Origin: Octopus sinensis | Lineage: Eukaryota | Assembly: GCF_006345805.1 (NCBI RefSeq) | Contig: NC_043018.1 | Location: forward strand, 6,510,001 to 6,574,000 | DNA: 64,000 nt | Direction of reading: 5' to 3' | In this document: in pieces, positions 52,932 through 64,000 of the stretch | Layout of the letters: every line of letters begins with the position of its first letter | Numbering within the stretch: position 1 is the first letter of the stretch | Notes under the pieces: model-generated | The model's input: only the letters and a program-made list of their open reading frames with translations | Databases searched by the model: none | Told to the model about the DNA's origin: nothing | Translations under genes and position numbers: made by a program

Positions 52932-53045
<114 letters not shown>

Positions 53046-53696
53046 TATATATGTAAGTTAGACTCCCTGGACAGTATATGGACAGAGAACTTGTGGCAGT
53101 AGCCAGCTGGAAAAGATGTTTTCCTGGGGCTAAAAAGTAGTAAAACTGTCCTGCACAGGACTGCCACATTGCATTGGCAAATACACTTTACTGTACGCTA
53201 GTGTTATTACATATTCCTCACTCAGAGATTTAAAACTAGTTGTTTCACTCACTCTGTCTCTCTCTCTATATATATATATATCTATATTTCTTTACTATCC
53301 ACAAGGGGCTAAACATAGAGGGGACAAACAAAGGGATTAAGTTGATTACATCCGAGAGGATGAAAGGCAAAGTCGTCCTTGGCGGAATTTGAACTCAGAA
53401 CGTAATGACAGATGAAATACCATTAAGCATTTAGCCCGGCGCGCTAACATTTCTGCCAGCTCGCCACCCTATAATATATATATATATATTATATAATATA
53501 TATATATATATAATATATATATATATGTATATACATGTATATATATATATTATATACATGCATATAATATGTATGTATACATATGTATGTACACACACAT
53601 ACATATTTATATACACACACATATGCATAACATATATATAAATATGAATATAAACATATATAGCCAAGTGTGTGTATATATATATATGTACAAATA

Positions 53697-53752
<56 letters not shown>

Positions 53753-53857
53753 TATGCACATTCAAAATTCTTGTCACATTTCTTCTGTTTGGAATAGTTT
53801 TCTCTGTCTATATGGCTGACTATAATTTGTCTGGCTTCAATATTGTCAACAGTGCAC

Positions 53858-53957
53858 NNNNNNNNNNNNNNNNNNNNNNNNNNNNNNNNNNNNNNNNNNN
53901 NNNNNNNNNNNNNNNNNNNNNNNNNNNNNNNNNNNNNNNNNNNNNNNNNNNNNNNNN
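53858..53957. other. Assembly gap (100 N)
   Basis: Run of exactly 100 N. Confidence 1.
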
Positions 53958-54356
53958 TAACTGTTTTGCAATGTCAGAAGCCTTCAAACAGTGAAGCTTC
54001 CTTTCCAAGGGTCCATGTTGGCCGGGACTAGAATCTGTTGATTCTTTTCCTTGGCTTTTGAATTGCACTATAATTCTATTAACAGTAGCAAGTGGAATTC
54101 GAAGATTTTGGGCAATTTTTCACTGGCTAAGAGCAGCCTTAGATTGCCCAAGAATACGACCTCTTTGAAAATCTGATAGATCAGCTGAATTTTTTGTGCA
54201 TGGCATGGTTACCCTTTGCAAATGTTTAATATAATGGCACCTGGAGTGAAAAAGAATAACTACATTGTAAATTCTAAACAGCTGAAAACATATTAAGATG
54301 CTTAGATCAGAAATTTTCAAAATCAAAGGTGTCTATTAAATTCCTGCATGTCTGTA
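53958..54356 (-). mobile_element. Tc1-like transposon 5' end (N-terminal HTH region), cut by the gap
   Basis: MPCTKNSADLSDFQRGRILGQ...[17 protein letters not shown]. The end reads TA-CAGACATGCAGGAATTT on the minus strand. Confidence 0.8.
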
Positions 54357-54467
54357 TATATATATATATATATATATAAATATTATATATATATATTTAT
54401 ATATTATACACATATACATAATACATATATATATATACATACACACACATACATACATACATACAGT

Positions 54468-54577
<110 letters not shown>

Positions 54578-54901
54578 TTAGAAAAAAAACACCTTTTATC
54601 TATTCAAATGAACAATTAAATTACAACCATCTAGAAATTACATATAATAGAAATATTAAAAATAAAAAAAAACAATATACCAATGATAAAGTAAATTACA
54701 AAATAATAATAAAAGCGTATATATTTGGTAGAATATTTTCATTATTTTTATTTTATTATTATTATGCAATTTACTTAATCATCTGTATATATTGTTATTT
54801 TAATTTTAATATTTCTATTATATGTAATTTCTAGATGGGTAATTTAATTGTTCATTTTGAATTGATAAAAGGTGTGTTTTCCAATTTATATATATTATAT
54901 A

Positions 54902-54939
<38 letters not shown>

Positions 54940-55417
54940 ATATATATATATTGTGAATTTGATTTAGTATTTCTAATTGAATTTTTCCTGTAAGTTAGGA
55001 ATAATATTCCCTCAAATAATATTATATATGTATATATATATATATATATGTACATATTCATAGGAAGAGGCATGTATGCATGGGTAAGAAGTTCACTTTA
55101 CAGTCATATGATTTCAGGTCCAATCCTACTGCATGGCACTCTAGACAAGAGTTTTATACTAAAGCCTCTGGCCAAATGAAGAAGCCCATCTTGTGTGAAT
55201 GTGTGTTTGTTTGTTCTCCTCTCTGCTTCATAACTAGCATTGGTTTCTTTACACTCCCATAACTTAGTGGTTTGGCAAAGAATATCGATACGAGTACCAG
55301 ACTTTAAACAAATAAGTACTGAAGCTGATGTGTTAGATTACACTGGTGGCACAGTTTGGCTGCCATCCAATGACTTAAACAAGTAAAAGAGTGAGAGAAT
55401 ATATATAACATAATACA

Positions 55418-55449
<32 letters not shown>

Positions 55450-55454
<5 letters not shown>

Positions 55455-55853
55455 TAGCATCCACCCTTAGGGGTTAGCCATATTGAATGGCAAAAATACG
55501 TCACGATGTGTTACCGCTACTGTATATAACTCACTTTGGAATTTATCATTGTTTGATTTCACTTTTTCAATATCAGCGAAGTGGGGCTGGACAAAGTATA
55601 AGTATTGTGAAGGAAATCTAATTCTCGGCGACAACTATGATTGTCACACGCGACGAGAGGTCAATACCTCGAAACTCGAGTCCGTGGTACAAGTTTGAAG
55701 ACAGGAGGATGACTTCCCTTTGCAAATACTGACAGGACACAGATAGTGTGTCTATGGCCACAGCTGGAGGAGTGTGTCCTCCTGGGGCTAAAACTACAGT
55801 AGCATCCACCCTTAGGGGTTAGCCATATTGAAATGGCAAAAATACGTCACGAT
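55450..55853 (+). mobile_element. 345-bp unit with 58-bp terminal direct repeat and an internal hammerhead
   Basis: TACAGTAGCATCCACCCTTAGGGGTTAGCCATATTGAA(A)TGGCAAAAATACGTCACGAT at 55450-55507 and 55795-55853, flanked by (TA)n. Confidence 0.85.
55647..55686 (+). ncRNA. Type-I hammerhead motif (U4 missing, otherwise canonical)
   Basis: CACG-C[-]GACGA-GAGGT(CAAT)ACCTC-GAAA-CTCGAG-TC-CGTG. All three stems pair perfectly. Confidence 0.75.
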
Positions 55854-56103
55854 TATATATTATATAGGTTACATGCATATCTGCATTTATACAATACAAA
55901 TACGTATATACACATTTATATACACTCATATACATGTGTAGGCACACATGTATTTACAAATGCATATACATATATATACATAAATACATATATACATTCA
56001 TATATATACTTACACATACACATATATGCAGATATGTATTTGCATAGCCACCAAGTCACACATCTATATTTGTATATTCATGCATATCTATATACACACA
56101 CAC

Positions 56104-56151
<48 letters not shown>

Positions 56152-56459
56152 ATACATGCATATATATATCTCATAATATAAACATATATATACACACACA
56201 TGCATATCTATGCACACCCCATACACAAACATGTGCATATATTATATATATAATGATATTAACAGATATTACGCAATGTAAACAAGAAGGCGTAGGTAGT
56301 ATGAGTGGGGTGGTGTGTTGGGGAAGGGGATATTCGAGATTCCCCAACTGAGCCAAGTGTAATTTGAACCCTCACACTTCTGATTCCCACTGAATACATC
56401 CACATGTACATGTTGCAAACTCTGTCAGATGAAGCAGCTTCTAGTAACAGTCTTTCTCT

Positions 56460-56619
56460 TTATATCTATCTGTATCCTTATCCAGTCATCTATCTATCTC
56501 TCTGTCTGTCTGTCTGTCAGTATGCCTATCTTTCCATCCATCTATCTATCTATCTGTCTGTCTGTCTGTCTGTCTGTCCGTCCGTCCGTCCGTCCATCCG
56601 TCCATTCATCCATCCATCC

Positions 56620-56661
<42 letters not shown>

Positions 56662-56840
56662 TTCTCTATCTATGCTTCTAATTATCTATCTATCTATTTA
56701 TCCATCTCTATTTCTCTATCTATGCTTCTAATAAATTATCTATCTACCTATCTATCTGTTTATCTATCTATCTATGTATCTATCTATCTATCCATCTATC
56801 TATCTATCTATCTAATTATCTATCTGCCTATCCATCCATG

Positions 56841-56907
<67 letters not shown>

Positions 56908-56981
56908 ATATCTAACTATCTATCTATCTATTTCTCTATCTATGCTTCTAATAAATTATCTATCTGCCTATCCATCTATAA

Positions 56982-57031
<50 letters not shown>

Positions 57032-57035
57032 GTCC
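56460..57035. repeat. (TATC)n/(TGTC)n tetranucleotide tract
   Basis: Direct reading. A (TACA)n tract follows at ~57785-58022. Confidence 0.95.
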
Positions 57036-57795
57036 ATAACTCTCTCTCACTCTCTTTCTCTCTTACTCTCTTTCTCTCTCTTTCTCTCTGTCTCCCTCTC
57101 CCAGTCACATATTACCTCTCTCTCTATGAACTTTACCCTTCTCTCAATCCTTCCTCCTTCTCCCCCTCTCTCTCCCCTCTCTCTGCATCTGTTACTATAT
57201 TTAAGAATTAATACTATACAACACAGCATAATATCATATAAAAATTAAAAACAAAAGGACGACAAATTATTTAAAGACCAGCGGATCACATGTCTCTGGA
57301 GCGGTTCACATCTCCTCTTTCATTTCAACATGGAATGTTGCAGGTTCAAATATACTTCAGTTCCCATTTAAAGAAATTTGGCTGTTCGCTTTTTTGTTAT
57401 CTTTCATTTATTTATTTATATATTTATTTAGTGTGTGTATATGTGTATGTGAGACAGAATGCAGTGTCAGGCTTCTTGCTGTTGTTGTTGCTGTTATTGT
57501 TGTTGTTGTTGCTGCTGCTCTTTGATGTCTAAATTTCATATTTGAATATCAAAGAGCATGATACATTCAATTAGGAAGACTAACGAAAAAAAAAAAAAAA
57601 AAATAATAACAATAATAATAAACAAACAAACAAAAGAACAACAAAACAAGAAACAAAACGAAATAAAAATAGAGTAATGCACTTCACCCCCTTCCTCTAC
57701 CCTACCCCCTTCTTCGCACCACTTCTACCAAATTCTATACAAAATTCTAAAAACATCCCACCACGACCATCACCATCACTGCACACGTACATACA

Positions 57796-57861
<66 letters not shown>

Positions 57862-58707
57862 CATACATATATACATACATATATACATACATATATACAT
57901 ACATATATACATACATATATACATACATACATACATATATACATACATACATATCATACATACATACATACATACATACATGCATAAATACATACATACA
58001 TATATACATACATATATACATACGCTAATGTTTTACAGCGCTAATGTACAACTCCACAACATCACATTGTCGATAGCATCCTTTATTTCTTTTTTGATTT
58101 TCTCCACCTTTTTTTTCATTTACTGTTATTTTTTTCTATTTTGTTTTTGTTGTTGTCCTTCTTCTTCTTGCTGGTTTTTTTTTTTTCTCTTTTTGTTATT
58201 TTTTTTTCTACTTTGCCGATTCCAATTCCAACATGCTGAAAAAAAAACAGGCCTCACCTCTCTTAATGTCAACCCGACCTTATTTCCAGAATAAAAAATG
58301 GAAGAAAAAAGTGAAATAAAAATTTAAATCATCATCATCATCATCATCATTGTTTAACGTCTGCTTTCCGTGCTGGCATGGGTTGGACGAATGACTGAGG
58401 ACTGGCGAACCAGATGGCTGCACCAGGCTCCAATCTGATCTGGCAGAGTTTCTACAGCTGGATGCACTTTCTAACACCAACCACTCCGAGAGTGTAGTGG
58501 GTGCTTTTACATGCCAGCGGCACGAGGGCCAGTCAGGCGGTACTGGCAATGACCTTGCTCAAATCTTTTACACATGCCAACGGCACAGGTGCCAGTAAGG
58601 CGATGCTGGTAACGATCCCGCTCGAATGGTGCCTCCTACATGCCACCAGCACGGAAGCCAGTTAGCCACTCTGGCAACGATCATGCTCAGATGGTGCTCT
58701 TAGCACC

Positions 58708-58739
<32 letters not shown>

Positions 58740-60182
58740 CAACAACAAAAAGGCAACAAATTGTAAGAACAACAGAAAATATCAAAACTAAGAAACATAA
58801 AGATTTTGGTTTTTATTATCATTAATTCCAATGGTCAGGCGATCAGTCTGTTGCCAGCATCCTCTGAGAGGCAGATTAGGTATGCCGTGGCTCCTAATGT
58901 ACAGATACGGTCTTGGGTTATGCCACCTGCAACGATTTCTGGATGGTGAGCATGTGTGGGTTCCATTTCTGAGCTGCAATTCTGGGTGAAGAAAAAACTG
59001 AAACTGGGTCCCTGGCACCCAGAATGTCATCAGGCGCTCACATCCCCCTACCAATCAGGTAATGGAATTTAAAGAGGATTAGTGATGGGGAAGTGTGGTG
59101 ATGTTCTCGGGGAGACTCTGGATACTGACGAAAATGGACTTGCTAGTCTGTTCCGGAGGACTTTCCGGTTGAGATGGATGCACGGTCAGACAGACTTGTC
59201 CAAGGTTCAAGCAGAGTGATGAAACCATTCTGCATGACCTCATTCAGTGTCCAGGCATTACTGACTTGTGGGTTTATGTCAAACAGCTGCTGTTACATGT
59301 GGGGCGTTTCCATCTGTGGCCGAGTCTGCAGTGATGATCGTACTGCTGCCCTCCTTCAGTTGGGCAAGCAAGGCAGTTTTCCTTTGCCTGGTGGCTGTGG
59401 CAAAAGAGGTTGTTTTATGAGTCGCCATGACTGTAGACGATAACTTTACCCTCTCGTGTAGGTAACAAAACACCCAATTAAAAGATTACTACTGGAAGCT
59501 ACCAAAGGCATTATCAAAATATATAAAGCACTCTCACAAAGTTCAGCAGGTAATACAATCCACATAAGGAATGGCACCCATGCGTATAAGTACAGCTGCG
59601 TGCAGGATGCAGGCTCACATGTATGTAAGTATGCATACATACATGCAAACACATATATATATATATCATGAATAGCGATAGCGAAACTGGTCGATATATT
59701 AAAAATTATATTAAAACTATGTAAGTGTGCGTATTTTCCTTTTTTAATTTCTTATATACATTACAACTCACCACGTGGGGATAATTGAAATTCCTCTTTT
59801 CTGTTACTACTACTACTATATATATATATATATATATATGAAAGAATGGAGTCGAACGAAGATGTTAACAAAATTCCTTTACTCTCGACATAGTTTTGAT
59901 ATAATTTCCATGCTGACAATAAACATAGGATAATTCATTCACCTATTTAAATATATATATATATATATATAAAATACAAAATGGGACAAGAATGCAAAAC
60001 ATCTGGACAACTAGGTGATACAAAAAGGGACAACAAAACATCCAGATAGATGATACACAAAAAAAATCAAGGATGGGTCATTTGAAGCTTTCTATCCTCA
60101 GTCAAGAACCGGATCATCCTTGCAATTTCGGCTAATTAATCTTGAGATTGCTCCAATCTGGCCTGCCCCAAGGAATATATAA

Positions 60183-60276
<94 letters not shown>

Positions 60277-60883
60277 GGGTGATACTGCTAGACAGACAGA
60301 TAGATAGTCAGATAGAGAGATAGGTCATCCTCATCATCATCATTTAACATAGATGTTCCATGTATCCAACTCCTCCCAGCAAGTAACAAGGACATCGAAT
60401 GATGATGATGATGATGATATATGTGTGTGTGTATACATACACATATATATATATATGCATGCATATGCATAAACAGTCTGACATGCACACATGCATATGT
60501 TTAAGACTAATCTGTTTGATGTCAAAATTCCAATGCAAATCTTGTTTTCACCAATGTAGGAAGTCTCCAAAGGCAACATATGTACATGCATATATTGCAT
60601 GCGCTTATGCAAGTATATGTGTGTGTGTCTATGTGTGTGGTGTGTGCGTGTGTGCCTGTGCATGTGTGTGTATGTGAGCTTATCTATCTACCTATCTACT
60701 TATCAACCAATCTATCTATCTATCTAGCTATCTATCTGTCTGTTTGTCTATATGTCTGTTTGTCCATATGTCTATCTAACTATCTATCTATCTATTTATG
60801 TACATATATATATATATATTATATATAGTATGTTATGTGTGTATATTATATATAATATATTTATATATATATATATATATATA

Positions 60884-60921
<38 letters not shown>

Positions 60922-60985
60922 ATATATATATATAGTATATATATATATATATATACATATCAAATATTATACATATATTTATGTG

Positions 60986-61022
<37 letters not shown>

Positions 61023-61103
61023 GTATATATATATATATTTATATATATCTTATCTATACATATATTATGTATATATATCTACATAAATTTTATTTATTAT
61101 ATA

Positions 61104-61138
<35 letters not shown>

Positions 61139-62009
61139 CTAATATATATATAATATATATATATGGGTGTGTGTGTATACACACACACATGCACACACAT
61201 ATATATATATTATAGAGAGAGAGAGAAATCAAAAGAGAGAGAGGTGGAGAAGCAGAGGTAGTTAAGCACAGCTAGGCCTGAGACACAGAACACAAAATAG
61301 AGATTAGAGAAAAACGAAAGCAAATCAGAAGAGAAGAATTATGTAAAGAATTATGTAATGTCTAAAGACTTTACATAATTCTACTGTTCTTTTCTTCTCT
61401 TTGTACCTTATTTCCTAATCTGTATTTTGTGCTCCAAGTAAATATATGTCTGAAGCCATCCTGTGCTTATCTGCCTTTCTCTCTCCATAACAACGTGAAA
61501 AAGTTTGTTCTCATTGCTGTCATTTCATGCAGAAGTGTTGGCCCTGGATGAAGAGGCTGGAGTTTAAGTTCCCACCTATTTCAGCACTACTCTGTGTTTC
61601 TCTATACTTAGATAATTTTCCCTTTGCCTACATGAGGTATATATATATATATATTATATATTATATATATATATCAAAATGTAGATTTATAAAGTTATTG
61701 GGATTACCTAAGGGGTATTGTGGAAATATACTGTGTGGTCGTTTAGACATTTGGATTTGTGGTAGAATCTGAATGTGTGAATTTTTAACTTTAAATTTAA
61801 ATAATTTAAATTTTATATTTTATATTCTGTATATTATATTAATTAATTTTATTTCTATGTTTTGGTTTATGTTTTTCACTGTTTGATTTGCCTAATAGTG
61901 GTTTTATCTCTAATTTAATTTATATATATAGCATGTATATATATAAATTTGCCTACATGCTATATATATATATATATATATAGCATGTAGGCAAACTGAA
62001 AGAAACCCA

Positions 62010-62660
62010 TTAAGTGGCAGACATTCTATTCTGTGGTACACATCCCCATTCTCACTTAATGTTAAGAACTTAGCTAAATCCTTCTTTAGAATACCAGACT
62101 CTAACTTCCCTCGACAACATAAATATCATTCTATCTTTAATTGATCCACCCTGAAACTATCTTATTCTACCTCACTCAACTTCGAATCTATCGTAGCAGC
62201 TTCTAATGAGCAAAAGCATTCCCTTTACTATCAAAACTCACATAACTACATCTCTAGTCATATGAATACTCAACACACACACAGCCCCAGCACAGATACC
62301 CTTACATTAGACCACAACTACAACCCAGCCCATCCAACTGACACTACCCGGAACCACCACGATCTCTACCACCCTTACAAATATACCCTATACTCTATCA
62401 TAGTCCATACTGGACTCAGGGCTTCCTTACCAAGGTCAATTCTCAACCTGCAAACCTTGCCTGAAGGAAGCACTTCACATATTAAAGCACAATGCTCCAG
62501 CACTGCTAAATAAACATAATGAAGCACTAAGCACATGCAACCACTGCTTTTTTCACACATTCAGATTCTACCACAAATCCAAATGCCTAAACGACCACAC
62601 AGTATATTTCCACAATACCCCTTAGGTAATCCTAATAACTTTATAAATCTACATTTTAAC
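62010..62660 (+). mobile_element. Penelope-like element ORF remnant (post-RT and GIY-YIG C-terminus)
   Basis: ILWYTSPFSLNVKNLAKSFFRI..SNFPRQHKYHSIFN*STLKLSYS matches the WFNPPFSxNV...HFP..HK.H.IFNR.T.K.SYS motif. CKPCLKEALHILKH...LLNKHNEALSTCNH matches the C..CL.EK..I...LN.R.E..S.C.H terminus. Confidence 0.8.
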
Positions 62661-63399
62661 TCTTAATCTCTATCTAATTTCCCACTCATACTCGAATTTC
62701 ACAACCATCTAATTATATTCATGTGTATATGTGTGCATGCATATATGGGTCCATGCATATGTATGTGTATATGTGTTAATGTATGTATGTATGCAAGGTA
62801 TATATACCTGAGTGTACAGGGGCGATAATACAAACAGATATACGTATATATGGATGTGCATGTATACATGTACATATGAGTACAAGTTGTATATGTAGAT
62901 ATTGATATGTATAAACATATGTATAACTATATATATATATATATATATATATACATGTCTAATATATATATGTGTATACATCTTCGCATATATATGTTCT
63001 ACTACTAAGCACTGACCTGTCCAACCACCTAATCTATATTCCTAAATTCTTCATTCCATACAACTACCCCTCTCTCTGCCTCATCACTTAGACTCTATCA
63101 CTACATAACTGACACTCCTTTACCTTTTACATTATTATACCTCTCTCCACCCCACCCTCATTCCTTCTTTCTTTTTACACTCTAATACCTTTCTCTCTCT
63201 CTCTATCACCCTTAACTCCCCATTCCTACTTTCAAATTATCTTGACTGACCACTAACTGGTACACTTATTATCCCTTATTATCTCTCCTTGTTTTTCTTT
63301 TTTCTTTCTTTTCTTTATTCCTCTCTTCCAGTTTTTTCTTCTTTTTTTTCTTCACTTTTTTCTCTTTTCTTTATTTCCCTCTTCCTGCTTTCGATTTGA

Positions 63400-63760
63400 C
63401 CTTACAATTACATTCCCTACTTTTAGGTCACTTTAAATAAAACCCTTGATTCAATAGCACTGTGTACAAACTTTATACTTGGAATAACCAATTTTAGATA
63501 CTTCTGGATTTTACTCACAAGGTATTGGAATCTTATATATATACCATTCTGCCTAAATAATGGATCTACAAATGCAATATCCCTGCATATCTCACATCTA
63601 TTTTCATTCCTCCACCTCACTCTCTATTTCGTATCTTATCTAAATTAACTATTGCTTAACCATTTTCTCACACTGTCTCCAATGAAGGGATATAATGAAT
63701 ATCCTGGAAACTGCTGTAAGACCTTCTATTTATAAATGTTCTAAAATCTTCACAGCTATG
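63400..63760 (+). mobile_element. Penelope-like 3' end with family-B hammerhead (63675-63722)
   Basis: GTCT-CCAATGA-A-GGGATAT(AATGA)ATATCCT-G-GAAA-CTGCTG-TA-AGAC. The flanks align with 14580-14790(-). Upstream KVLESYIY..LP is reminiscent of a GIY-YIG terminal LES.YI..P.LN motif. Confidence 0.65.
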
Positions 63761-64000
63761 GCTTTTTTATCTCACTCTCAAAAAAAATTATGTGTGTGTA
63801 TCATTTTGTCTGTGTTTGTCCCCGCTGTCATTGCATGACAACAAGGTTGGTCGAGTTGGTCTGAAAATATTTTGTCACACACCTGTAACCTCTTCAGTGA
63901 CTCTCCATCCCACATGTCTCTCTTGTTCTGTTTTTAGTGCATTCTGTCTTTCTATGGTCAGTCATCATAGAAAGAATAGTCTAAACAAAACTGCTTAGCA

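Noticed and set aside
59125-59175. CTGACGA followed by a hairpin
   Set aside because: No GAAA or stem III follows, so the hammerhead topology is incomplete.

Overview
Eukaryotic, very repeat-rich DNA. The dispersed repeats and the (TA)n/(CA)n load resemble an Octopus-type cephalopod genome; this is recognition from memory, not a database check. Only two convincing host coding regions are visible. (1) A 5'-truncated, uninterrupted ORF of at least 928 aa (2-2788). It has a basic N-terminal block with ~29 S/T-P-x-K/R sites, an acidic block with 15 [DE]SQ sites, and a C-terminal CaaX box (CTIL*). (2) A 225-aa orphan ORF (36393-37070) with adjacent SILK and RVSW PP1-docking-like motifs. The rest is microsatellite, SINEs, decayed mariner/Tc1 elements, LINE 3' fragments, a Helitron cluster, Penelope-like remnants and one 100-N gap. 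The main hidden pattern is about 11 minimal type-I hammerhead-ribozyme motifs from about 8 unrelated sequence families. Several sit at the turning point of MITE-looking fold-backs, and two lie in ~340-nt repeat units resembling retrozymes or Penelope pseudo-LTRs. There is also a tandem array of anticodon-arm-less tRNA-like units. Almost all ORFs in the supplied track are microsatellite artefacts. All alignments and counts were done by eye.
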